Shown: positions 1-8,655, counted from the first letter of the stretch. The stretch: DNA of 64,000 nt from Myxococcota bacterium (GCA_965250285.1 OZ252299.1:4064001-4128000); one strand, 5' to 3'. Notes: generated by a model not told the origin, from the letters alone. Numbers and translations: made by a program.

Positions 1-590
1 TTGAGGCGCTTCCCCGGGTTGGGCACCTGCAGGAAGCTCCACTTCGAGACGACCGGGTTCGCGCCGACGATGATCAGGCACTCGACGTGCTCGACATCGG
101 GGAACGGCTGCGTGAAGGGAAACCCGTAGACCTCTCGGGCGACGGCGAACTTGTTGCTGCAATCCTGGGTCGCCGAGGCATAGATGCTCTTCGACCCGAG
201 ACCGGTCATGAAGCCCTGCGCGAAGATCGGGTGGAGCAGGCTGAAACCGGCGGCGGTCCCGACGTACATCCCGACCGAGTCGGGGCCGTGATCACGCACG
301 AGCTGCTTCACCTTCGCGCCGATGTCGCCCATGGCGTCGTCCCACGAGGCATCGACGAAGCCCCCGTCCACCTTCTTGCGCGGGCGCTGGAGCCGATCGG
401 GCGAGGCGTAGAGCTGGTGCTGCTTGAGCCCCTTGACGCAACCGAAGCCGTCGGTCGCCACGTGCGCGTCGTCGGGCCGGATGCGCGTCACCGCGCCGTC
501 CTCGAGCGTCACCTCGAGGCCGCAGAGCGATTCGCAGATGCGACAGAAGGTGTTTCGCGTCTCGGTGATCGGGGCGTGCGACTCGGCCAC
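1..590 (-). CDS. Molybdopterin-dependent oxidoreductase (DMSO reductase/MopB superfamily), N-terminal part; runs off the window start
   Basis: Not in the ORF track; translated by hand from GTG at 590 (GAGGA RBS upstream): MAESHAPITETRNTFCRICESLCGLEV...FGCVKG...SPDRLQRP...ASWDDAMGDI...LIIVGANP. Has the 4Fe-4S CxxCxxxC...C motif and the typical DRL.RP and GANP motifs. Confidence 0.9.
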   Translation of the reverse strand, partial: MAESHAPITETRNTFCRICESLCGLEVTLEDGAVTRIRPDDAHVATDGFGCVKGLKQHQLYASPDRLQRPRKKVDGGFVDASWDDAMGDIGAKVKQLVRDHGPDSVGMYVGTAAGFSLLHPIFAQGFMTGLGSKSIYASATQDCSNKFAVAREVYGFPFTQPFPDVEHVECLIIVGANPVVSKWSFLQVPNPGKRL

Positions 591-675
591 GGGCGTCCTC
601 CGTTGGGGCCGGCGATGATAGCCGCGACCCGACCGGCGCCGAGCGGAGTGAATCTGGACAGCGCCCGCCCTCGGC

Positions 676-1257
676 TCAGACCTTGAAGCGGATCGTCTCG
701 ACGAGCGCCTCGAAGTCGGGCCGGCCCGCCTCGAAATAGTGCTGCTCGGCGGCGCGGTACTCGAAGCGATAGATCCACGGACCGACGGCGCACCCGACTT
801 CGACGGTGCGGATCGGCAGGCCGGTCTCACCGCGAAACTGGTAGTCGATCTCGTAGCAGGCGCGGCCATCGACGACGGCCGGACCATTGCCGAGCACCTC
901 GAGCCCCCCGACGCCGTCGTCGAGCCGGCGACTGTCGAGCGAGATCTCGGCGATCTCGTGGGGCATGAGGTCGCCCTCGAGCGTGCGACCGGTGCCCTTC
1001 ACCTCGGTCGTGAGCTTCCAGCGTCGCAGGTGCATCGAGTCGAGCTCGATGCCGTGGCGCGTGAGGAAGAGCCCCTCCGAGAACGTCGCCGCCATCCACT
1101 CGGCGGGCACCACCATCTCGAGCTGCAGCCAGATGTGCGTGTAGGGCTTCTCGTTCGACTTCGACCACGTCGCGCAGCCGGTGCCGGCGACCTGGAGCGC
1201 GACAGCGAGGACCAGCGGCGCGCCGAGGCGCCGAAGCAGCGAGCGAAACGGGGTCAT
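676..1257 (-). CDS. Hypothetical lipoprotein, possible PsbP/Mog1-like fold
   Basis: Basic N-terminus, hydrophobic stretch and lipobox-like AGTGC. C-terminal 'IYRFEYRA...YFE...DFEALVETIRF' resembles PsbP-like domains. ATGA overlap with the upstream gene. Confidence 0.7.
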   Translation of the reverse strand: MTPFRSLLRRLGAPLVLAVALQVAGTGCATWSKSNEKPYTHIWLQLEMVVPAEWMAATFSEGLFLTRHGIELDSMHLRRWKLTTEVKGTGRTLEGDLMPHEIAEISLDSRRLDDGVGGLEVLGNGPAVVDGRACYEIDYQFRGETGLPIRTVEVGCAVGPWIYRFEYRAAEQHYFEAGRPDFEALVETIRFKV

Positions 1258-2504
1258 TGGGACGCGGGCTCCTTCGAGTCGATGCGCTCGAGATAGTGGG
1301 CCGCGTGGGCGGCGTCGGGCGCATCGGGGGCGGCCTTCAGGTAGCTCGCGAGGTGCGCCCGGGCCTGCTGCCCGCTGTCGCCCCGCTTCTCGAAGTCGCG
1401 GTAGTACAGGAAGCCGAGGCCACGGTGGGCCCCGGCGTGACTGCGATCGAGCGCGAGCGCGCGTTCCCAGGCTTCGATCGCGCCTGCGCGGTCCGGGTTC
1501 GACTTCGAGCGCAGCCGCGCCTCACCGAGAACGACCCAGGCGTCGGCGTCGGTCTCGTCCTGGGCGAGGGCGAGCTCGGCGGTCTGCCGCGCCGAGTCGA
1601 AGCGGCCACGATCGAGTTCGAGGCCAGCCTGGTGAACGCGCACGGTGTGCACGCGCGCGTTGAAGCGGTCGGCGCCCAGGGTGCGCCCTTCGGCCGCGGC
1701 CGACGCCGCGTACTCGCCGGCGATCAGCTTCTCGTAGCCATCGATGCGGTTGCGCATGTGGATCGGGGTGCCGAACGAGAAGCCGAGCGGGGCGGGCGGC
1801 CGCTGCGCGTTGACCTCGGCCAGATACGCGACGCTGCGCTCGAAGAGTCGCGGCGCCTCGTTCAGGTCGTAGCCGGCCGCATCCATCATCTCGAGACCGA
1901 TGCGATCGGCTCGCTTCTCGAGCTCGTGGTGGTACCCGGCCATCGAAGAGAAGCTGCCGGCCTGGAGGAACATCTGCGCATAGCCCCCGCCCTGAACCGG
2001 CGACGAGAAGACCCGCGTGGCGGCGAGCGCGTTGCCCGTCTCGCGCGTCGTCCGGTGCTCGAGCAGCGCGTGTCGCTGCAGCACGTGCGCGATCTCGCGG
2101 GAGAGCATCGTGGCCAGCTGCGCCTCGTTCTCCATGTGCGCGAGCAGCGCCGTGTGGACGTAGATCACGCCGTTCGGGAACGACATCGCGTTCATGTCGG
2201 GGTTCGAGAGCACCGTGATGCGCGGCTCGAGGCCAGCCGTCGCGAAGGCGTCCCCAGCGAGCAACGTCGCGACCTCCACCATGTAGGCCTCGAGGGCCGG
2301 ATCCTCGAAGCGCATGCCGCTGCCATCGAGCGCGACCTGGGTCTCGCGGGCCCGCGTCCAGAGGTGCTCTTCGTCCTGGGTGCGCTCCGCGCTGGCGTCG
2401 AGCTGATCGAGCGACGCGACGGGCATCTGCATGCAGCCGACCCAAGGCCCGACACACACGAACAGGACCAGCGCGCAGGCGCTTCGGCGGATCGACCGGG
2501 TCAT
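1254..2504 (-). CDS. M48 family (BepA-like) metalloprotease homolog with C-terminal TPR; zinc motif degenerate
   Basis: NAMSFPNGVIYVHTALL..MENEAQLA (M48 signature), REIAH in place of HEXXH, ExxAD (EKRAD), TPR-like C-terminus, lipobox-like WVGC. Confidence 0.85.
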   Translation of the reverse strand: MTRSIRRSACALVLFVCVGPWVGCMQMPVASLDQLDASAERTQDEEHLWTRARETQVALDGSGMRFEDPALEAYMVEVATLLAGDAFATAGLEPRITVLSNPDMNAMSFPNGVIYVHTALLAHMENEAQLATMLSREIAHVLQRHALLEHRTTRETGNALAATRVFSSPVQGGGYAQMFLQAGSFSSMAGYHHELEKRADRIGLEMMDAAGYDLNEAPRLFERSVAYLAEVNAQRPPAPLGFSFGTPIHMRNRIDGYEKLIAGEYAASAAAEGRTLGADRFNARVHTVRVHQAGLELDRGRFDSARQTAELALAQDETDADAWVVLGEARLRSKSNPDRAGAIEAWERALALDRSHAGAHRGLGFLYYRDFEKRGDSGQQARAHLASYLKAAPDAPDAAHAAHYLERIDSKEPASQ

Positions 2505-3289
2505 TGCGGGAGCCCCTTCATCAGGGTGTCGACCAGAGCCTGGTCGGTCGCCTGATCGCGCAGATCCGTGAACGGCAATGAGAGCGAGTTGAACCAGAGG
2601 ATGTCGCCGGTCTCGGTCTCGACGAGGGCGAGCATCAGCTTCGCGGGCGTCGCCCCCGGCCCCGCATAGCTCGCGGTCATGGCGCTGACGGCGATGCCCG
2701 CAGCGACCAGCGCGGCGCGTTGGCGTGTCGGCACGTGATCGGTGGCGATCACCAGCAGGAACGCGTCTGCGGGGGTGGGTCCGATCAGCGTGCTCGCTTC
2801 GCTCCCGAGCGTGTAGTCGAAGTCGGAGATCTTGTGGGGAAAGGTGTTCCAGGGGTCGTAGGCGTGACGCAGGATGGCGAGGCTCGCCGCCTCGAAGAGC
2901 AGCCAGGTGTCCTCGGCCTCGGTGTAGCCGGCCTCGGCCGCACGAGCGGCAGCCGCGTCGTCGCGCCGGATCGTGCGATGCGGCAGGTCGGCGCCGGCAT
3001 AGGGAACGAACTCGCGGCCCAGCTCCTCGACCTCGGCTTCGACGGCCGCGACGACGTGGGCATACGCCGACTCGCTCCAGTCCCGCACCTCTTCTTCGGT
3101 GTCGCCCGCCGACATCTCGTAGACCGACACCTTGGGCGGCACGAGGGTGATCCGCCGAACCCCCTCGAACCGCGACTCGAAGTCGGCGGGCTGACGCTGC
3201 GGCGGCGGGGTGGCGCAGGCCACTTGCCCCGAAACCGCGAGCAGGACGAGCCCCGTGAAGAGCAGCCCGCGCGTGCGGGCGCGTCGCAT
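2501..3289 (-). CDS. Hypothetical lipoprotein
   Basis: Start reassigned to ATG 3289 (MRRARTRGLLFTGLVLLAVSGQVAC), 4 bp after the upstream stop. Lipobox QVAC. C-terminal 'LALVETETGDILWF' is typical of periplasmic alpha/beta lipoproteins. Confidence 0.7.
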   Translation of the reverse strand: MRRARTRGLLFTGLVLLAVSGQVACATPPPQRQPADFESRFEGVRRITLVPPKVSVYEMSAGDTEEEVRDWSESAYAHVVAAVEAEVEELGREFVPYAGADLPHRTIRRDDAAAARAAEAGYTEAEDTWLLFEAASLAILRHAYDPWNTFPHKISDFDYTLGSEASTLIGPTPADAFLLVIATDHVPTRQRAALVAAGIAVSAMTASYAGPGATPAKLMLALVETETGDILWFNSLSLPFTDLRDQATDQALVDTLMKGLPQ

Positions 3290-3293
3290 CGAC

Positions 3294-4262
3294 TCAGCCT
3301 TCTGCATGATCGTTCGCCTTCGCCTTCCCAGCCTTGCTCGCCTTGTCGCTCTCGGCCTCGAGATCGACGAGCTTATCGCCCGTGTAGCCGCACGCCTTGC
3401 TCGGAGCGTCGAGCAGCTGCTTCGCGAAGAAGATCTCGCGGCGCTCGTCTTCGTTGTGGCCCGGTCGGTCGGCGACCTGCTCGAGCATCGCACGCCCCTC
3501 GTCGAGGCGCGCGTCCTGCTTCTTCTCGGTGCCGATGCACAAGAGCTGCGTGCCGACCTCGACGCGGTAGTCGAGGCGATCGGGATGCAGCGCGAGGGCC
3601 TTGCGGCTGTGGGCCAGCCCCTTCTCGCGATCGCCGCGCACGCCGAAGAGCCACTTCACCCAGATCGAGTCGGGCACCACGCGGTTCCAGTTCGCGCTCG
3701 CGTAGTACAGATTGGCGAGGGTCGAGCTGCCCGGGCCGTCGCTGTGGGTGGGCTCGAGCTCGATGCCCCGCTCGAGCAAGCGGTTCATCTCGCGCGCCTG
3801 GCGCGCGGCCGACAGCAGGCCGCGGGTCGTCGCGATGCGCGCCATCGCCGAGAACTTCCACATCATGCACTCGCCGCACGCGTCGTTCGCGTCGATCCCT
3901 CGCTGAGCGAGCGCCTTGGCGCGCTCGAAATGCTCGAGCTTCGCGGCGTCGGCCGCCGCGTCGTCGAGGGGCAGCAGCTCACCGGCGAGCCAGTGCGCCC
4001 GGGCCGCGCGCCAGTAGCCGTTGGGGTCGCCGCCGGGCGCATCGGCCACACCGAGAAACAGCGCGGCCGCGCCCTCGAGGTCGTTCGAGAGCTCGACCGG
4101 ATCGGCGGCCGCGTCTGTGAACGCCCGAATCTCGACCTGCGACGCGCGCTCCCAGTCGGTCGGGGCGGGGCTCGGGTCGGCCGCTGCCTGGGCACTGGCC
4201 GGCCAGGCGAGGGTCAGCGTGAGCAGCAGGGCGGCGAGGGGCGAGAGCGGGCGACGGATCAT
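3294..4262 (-). CDS. Secreted TPR-like alpha-solenoid protein (TatT/RMD1-like)
   Basis: ATG 4262 with GAGGAG RBS. Signal peptide ending AWPASAQA. Helical repeats 'YWRAARAHW', 'LLERGIELEP', 'GDREKGLAHSRKALALHP'. Confidence 0.7.
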   Translation of the reverse strand: MIRRPLSPLAALLLTLTLAWPASAQAAADPSPAPTDWERASQVEIRAFTDAAADPVELSNDLEGAAALFLGVADAPGGDPNGYWRAARAHWLAGELLPLDDAAADAAKLEHFERAKALAQRGIDANDACGECMMWKFSAMARIATTRGLLSAARQAREMNRLLERGIELEPTHSDGPGSSTLANLYYASANWNRVVPDSIWVKWLFGVRGDREKGLAHSRKALALHPDRLDYRVEVGTQLLCIGTEKKQDARLDEGRAMLEQVADRPGHNEDERREIFFAKQLLDAPSKACGYTGDKLVDLEAESDKASKAGKAKANDHAEG

Positions 4263-4722
4263 GTCAGGGTCTCCTCTGGACGCGTCATTCGGCCTCGGGG
4301 CCGGGCTCGCGTCGTCGAGGGACAATCTGCCCGAGGCGCGACACGGGCGGCAGGGGCCGGATGGCCCACCCCCGATCGGCATGGGTCGGCGGCCGACGAC
4401 GACGGGGTGCGACCCGGCACGGCCGGTGGGGCGGCGCAGACCGATCCAGGTCGATGCCGGTCGATCGCCTGCGCCAGGCTCCATGCGGATCGGTCTCTGC
4501 GCTCCTTCGAAGCCACGCGCCGACTCGAACGCGCGTGCATGCGCAGGCACAGCCCAAACGTGACGATTCCCACTCGATTTTCGCCTGCATCGCAGCCCGG
4601 TGGTGCCTGGATGTGCCCGCGGGTGCTCGAGTCGCACTCGAATTCAAAGTCGATCGGACGTTGAACCATTCAGGCACTGGCGGTGCTGGACTCGAGCCAC
4701 CGCGCTCTCTAGGCTGCAGGAG

Positions 4723-5367
4723 ATGACGACCGCGTCCGACCAGACCCAGGCCGCCCGATCGCGCATTCAAGAGGCCGCGCACCGGCTCTTCGCCGAACGG
4801 GGCCCGGACGAAGTGACCATGGCCGAGGTCGCCCGCGCCGCCGGTGTCGCGCGAGCGACCGTGTTCAACCACTTCGGATCGAAGCGCGCCCTCATCGAGA
4901 GCATGACCGAGGGCGTCCTCGACCTCTATTTCGAGCTGCTGCAGGGGGCGCTGGCCGACGAGGATCGGCCGACGTCGTCGCTGATCCGGCATCTCTTCGT
5001 CGTGATGGGCTTCGGCATCGAATCCGAACGACAGTTCCACCGCGCCGTGTTTCGCCAGATCACCCGGCTCTCGCTCGGCATCGACGAGGGCGGCGCCACC
5101 AACGCCGCCCGCCAACGCAACCAGGATGCGGTCGTCAAGCTGATCGTCCGGGGACAAGAGCGCGGTGACATCACGAAGGCACACGCAGCCGAGACCTTGG
5201 CGGGTGCCTTCGCGAGCCTCGTGACAGGCACCGTGACGCATTGGCTCTACGACGACGACACCCAGCCGCTGCGCGAGCGCATGCGCGACGCTGCCGATGT
5301 GTTCCTGGCCCCGGTCGCCGTCGAGTCTGGGGCGCCGCCGCCCTTCGAAGCGGTGCGGGGCGACTGA
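4723..5367 (+). CDS. TetR/AcrR family transcriptional regulator
   Basis: N-terminal HTH: RIQEAAHRLFAERG...TMAEVARAAGVARATVFNHFGSKRAL. Confidence 0.93.
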   Translation: MTTASDQTQAARSRIQEAAHRLFAERGPDEVTMAEVARAAGVARATVFNHFGSKRALIESMTEGVLDLYFELLQGALADEDRPTSSLIRHLFVVMGFGIESERQFHRAVFRQITRLSLGIDEGGATNAARQRNQDAVVKLIVRGQERGDITKAHAAETLAGAFASLVTGTVTHWLYDDDTQPLRERMRDAADVFLAPVAVESGAPPPFEAVRGD

Positions 5368-5422
5368 CGGGGCACCGCCCGACGCAAGGCCAGCTCCGAC
5401 GCGATCCGAGGAGACTGCACCG

Positions 5423-6202
5423 ATGGCCGAGCACCTCGAACTCTCCGGCAGACGCTTCGACCCTCGCAAGGCGCGCTGGCGCGGACCGCTGTGGCAGGAG
5501 GCGCGTCGGGCGTTCGATGCGCTGATGAACGACCCCGACGATACGCAGAAGGCGCTCGACGTCATGTACGCGCTCGACCCGGGCGCACTGCAGCGCGACT
5601 TCGCGCGCTTCCTCGCCCATCCGAGCGGGCGGCGCCTGTTCGCCGAACGCAGCTCGCTGCGCGAGGCGCTCGCCCCCGAGAAGCTGCGCAGCCTGCCCGA
5701 AGGCTCGCTCGGCCGCGCGTACCTCGCCCACCTCGAGCGCTGGCAGCTCGACACCGAGAAGCTCTTCGAGCTCAACTGGGATCACGAGAGCGCCGCCGAT
5801 GCCGACGAGGGGCTGCGCTGGTACATCGAGCGAAGCGTCTTGCTGCACGACATGTGGCACGTGCTCGCTGGCTACGGCGCGGACGACCTCGGCGAGGCGG
5901 CGCTGCTGCCGTTCAGCCTCGCGCAGCAGGGGGGGCTCGGCCGTGCATTGCTGAGCCTCGGGTCGGTGCTCCAGGCCTGGCGACAAGCCGATCGCGACTG
6001 GCCGCGCGACGTCTTCGCCGCGTGGCAGCAGGGGCGACGCGCCGTCGACCTCGGCTGTGTCCCGTATGAAGAGCTGCTCGCCGAGCCGCTCGACGAAGTG
6101 CGGACCGCCCTCGGCCTGCACCCGCCCGCATCGGTGCACCGCGGCCGCGTGCCCTGCGGCCACGGCTCGGCGCTGCAGCGCCGGCTGCGGCGCGCAGCCT
6201 GA
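5423..6202 (+). CDS. Coq4-family protein
   Basis: LRSLPEGSLGRAY and HDMWHVLAGYGADDLGEAAL (Coq4 HDxxH...E metal motif). GAGGAG RBS. Confidence 0.85.
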   Translation: MAEHLELSGRRFDPRKARWRGPLWQEARRAFDALMNDPDDTQKALDVMYALDPGALQRDFARFLAHPSGRRLFAERSSLREALAPEKLRSLPEGSLGRAYLAHLERWQLDTEKLFELNWDHESAADADEGLRWYIERSVLLHDMWHVLAGYGADDLGEAALLPFSLAQQGGLGRALLSLGSVLQAWRQADRDWPRDVFAAWQQGRRAVDLGCVPYEELLAEPLDEVRTALGLHPPASVHRGRVPCGHGSALQRRLRRAA

Positions 6203-6311
6203 CGCGCCGGAGCCGCCTGCCCGCTGATCGCGGCGCGCCTGTGCGCGTCGATGCGCAGTCGTGCGGCGCACTGCTAGCGTCGGCGAGCCCCTCCACGCGT
6301 CGAGATTCGAG

Positions 6312-7274
6312 ATGCCCCGCTTCCCCGAGCCGCCCACGACCGACTACGCCTCGATCTATCTCGAGGATACCGACCGCGCGCTGCCGGAGACGCTGAACCC
6401 GAGCACGCGCTACACGCACTTCACCACGATCGCGCGCGGCGGCAAGTCGATCATCCAATCGTGCCGTGACCGCTATCTCGCGCGGACCATCTGTTACAAG
6501 AAGCTCAAGCCCGAGTTGCGAACGAACGTGACCGAGACGGCTCGCTTCTTGCGCGAGGCCCGCGTCACCGCTGCGCTTCAGCACCCGAGCATCGTGCCGA
6601 CCTACGAGCTCGGTCGCGAGCGCGACGGCACGCTCTACTTCACGATGAAGCTCGTCCACGGGCTCACCATGCGCGAGCTCCTCGACGAGGCGTATCGCGA
6701 ACGGTACGACCTCGTCCAACTCGTCGACGTGCTCATCCACGTCCTGCAGGCGCTCCGGTACGCGCACAGCCATCGCGTCGTCCACCGTGACATCAAGCCC
6801 GAGAACATCCTCGTCGGTCGCTTCGACGAAGTCGTGCTGATGGATTGGGGACTGGCCAAGGTGTGGGCTGAAGACGGTCGAACCGACGACCTCGCGAGCC
6901 AGGAGCCCGTGGACGTCGAGGCCGCGGCCACGACGCTGACCGGGGCTGGCAACGTCGAAGGCACGATCGCCTACATGTCGCCCGAACAGGTGCGCAAAGA
7001 TCCCGAGATCGACTACCGCACCGACATCTACAGCGTCGGGGTCGTCCTCTACGAAGTGCTGGCCCGGCGCGTTCCGTTCGTCGGCGACACGATCGAGCAG
7101 ATGACGCGGCAGATCACCGACGCCCAGCCGCCCAAGCCCTCGTCACTGACGTCGATCCGAATTCCGGGCTGGCTCGAGGCCCTCTCGATGCAGTGCCTCG
7201 CGAAGGATCCCGACGATCGCGTGCAGACCACCGACGAGCTGATCCGACGGCTGATCCAGGGGTTCGAGCGCTAG
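6312..7274 (+). CDS. Hanks-type Ser/Thr protein kinase (catalytic domain only)
   Basis: RFLREARVTAALQHPSIV, HRDIKPEN, DWGLAK, GTIAYMSPEQ, DIYSVGVVLYE. Confidence 0.93.
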   Translation: MPRFPEPPTTDYASIYLEDTDRALPETLNPSTRYTHFTTIARGGKSIIQSCRDRYLARTICYKKLKPELRTNVTETARFLREARVTAALQHPSIVPTYELGRERDGTLYFTMKLVHGLTMRELLDEAYRERYDLVQLVDVLIHVLQALRYAHSHRVVHRDIKPENILVGRFDEVVLMDWGLAKVWAEDGRTDDLASQEPVDVEAAATTLTGAGNVEGTIAYMSPEQVRKDPEIDYRTDIYSVGVVLYEVLARRVPFVGDTIEQMTRQITDAQPPKPSSLTSIRIPGWLEALSMQCLAKDPDDRVQTTDELIRRLIQGFER

Positions 7275-7378
7275 GCCCGCCCGTGACGTCGCCGGCCCGG
7301 CCGCGCACATGCCCCGCGGCCTGCTACACCCTTCGTGTGAGGCCGCGTGGTCGGGCCCCCGACTCGGGTGCCCAATCG

Positions 7379-7452
7379 AGCCCCCCCCCGGGGCAAATCG
7401 GGCGTGCTGCGACCCTGCCCGCAATCTGGGCAGAGTGCCTTCCAGATGGGCA
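7379..7452. promoter_or_regulatory. Repeated (T/A)GCC(C/T)-N7-GGGCA palindromes, NtrC-like enhancer sites
   Basis: AGCCC-N7-GGGCA 7379-7395, TGCCC-N7-GGGCA 7416-7432, TGCCT-N7-GGGCA 7436-7452. Same geometry as the NtrC box TGCAC-N7-GTGCA, upstream of glnII. Confidence 0.65.
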
Positions 7453-7491
7453 GATATTCCGCCCAGATGAGCCAGAGTCGTCCCACATTCT

Positions 7492-7507
7492 GGGCACGGT
7501 TGCTGCA
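7492..7507 (+). promoter_or_regulatory. sigma54 (-24/-12) promoter of glnII
   Basis: GGGCACGGTTGCTGCA with GG (7493-94)-N10-GC (7505-06), about 60 bp upstream of the ATG. Confidence 0.75.
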
Positions 7508-7566
7508 ATATAAGCCGACTTCACAGCACGACTTTCACACCCCCATTCGCAGGAGCAACGAGAACC

Positions 7567-8583
7567 ATGAAGAGCAAGCTGGAGTACATCTGGCTCGACG
7601 GCTACGAGCCGACGCAGTCCTTGCGCAGCAAGACGCGCGTCGAATCGGATTTCTCGGGCAAGCTCGAGGATTGTCCGATGTGGTCGTTCGACGGCAGCTC
7701 GACCGAGCAGGCCGACGGCAGCGACAGTGACTGCCTCCTCAAGCCCGTCGCCATCTTTCCCGACCCCGATCGCAAGGACGCGTACCTCGTCATGACCGAG
7801 GTCCTCAACGCCGACGGTTCGCCGCATTCGTCGAACGGCCGCGCCACGATCGACGAAGACGACGACGACGACGACTTCTGGTTCGGCTTCGAGCAGGAGT
7901 ACTTCCTGTGGGATCCGGATACGGACAAGCCCCCGGGATTCCCCCGCGCCGGCTTCCCCCGAGCCCAGGGCCCGTACTACTGCTCGGTGGGCGCCAACAA
8001 CGCCTACGGCCGCGAGATCATCGAAGAGCACTTCGACCTCTGCCTCGAAGCCGGCATCAACGTCGAAGGCATCAACGCCGAAGTGGCGGCCGGTCAGTGG
8101 GAGTACCAGGTGTTCGCGAAGGGCGCGAAGAAGGCGGGCGACGAGACCTGGGTCTCGCGCTACCTGCTCGAGCGCACGTCCGAGAAGTACGGCATCGCGA
8201 TCGAGTGGCACCCGAAGCCCCTCGGTGCGACCGACTGGAACGGCTCGGGCATGCACGCCAACTTCTCGAACAAGGTGATGCGTGAGTCGGGTCAGGAAGA
8301 CACCTTCAACAAGATCTGTGAGCAGTTCGGCAAGAACATCGATCGCCACATCTCGGTCTACGGTGCGGACAACGATCAGCGCCTGACCGGTGCTCACGAG
8401 ACCCAGTCGATCGACCAGTTCAGCTACGGCGTTTCGGACCGTGGCGCGTCGATCCGCATCCCGGTCGGGACCGTCGAGGATGGCTGGAAGGGTCGTCTCG
8501 AGGATCGCCGGCCGGCGTCGAACGCCTGCCCGTACAAGGTGGCGGCCGCCATCGTGAAGACCACGAAGGAGGCCGGCGTCTGA
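7567..8583 (+). CDS. glnII: Glutamine synthetase type II
   Basis: 338 aa. LEYIWLDG, LRSKT, WSFDGSST, GFEQEY, INAEVAAGQWEYQ, DWNGSGMHANFS, RLTGAHET, DRGASIRIP, LEDRRPASN. AGGAG RBS. Confidence 0.95.
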   Translation: MKSKLEYIWLDGYEPTQSLRSKTRVESDFSGKLEDCPMWSFDGSSTEQADGSDSDCLLKPVAIFPDPDRKDAYLVMTEVLNADGSPHSSNGRATIDEDDDDDDFWFGFEQEYFLWDPDTDKPPGFPRAGFPRAQGPYYCSVGANNAYGREIIEEHFDLCLEAGINVEGINAEVAAGQWEYQVFAKGAKKAGDETWVSRYLLERTSEKYGIAIEWHPKPLGATDWNGSGMHANFSNKVMRESGQEDTFNKICEQFGKNIDRHISVYGADNDQRLTGAHETQSIDQFSYGVSDRGASIRIPVGTVEDGWKGRLEDRRPASNACPYKVAAAIVKTTKEAGV

Positions 8584-8613
8584 TCCCAGACGCTTGCTTT
8601 CGAGCGAGTCCCG

Positions 8614-8655
8614 GAGCCGGGGTTGGACTGTGTCCGACCCCGGCTCTTTCGTTCT
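8614..8655 (+). terminator. Intrinsic terminator hairpin between convergent genes
   Basis: GAGCCGGGGTTGGAC-TGT-GTCCGACCCCGGCTC followed by TTTCGTT. Confidence 0.8.

Noticed and set aside
87..686. 199-aa plus-strand ORF
   Set aside because: Antisense shadow of the molybdopterin oxidoreductase.
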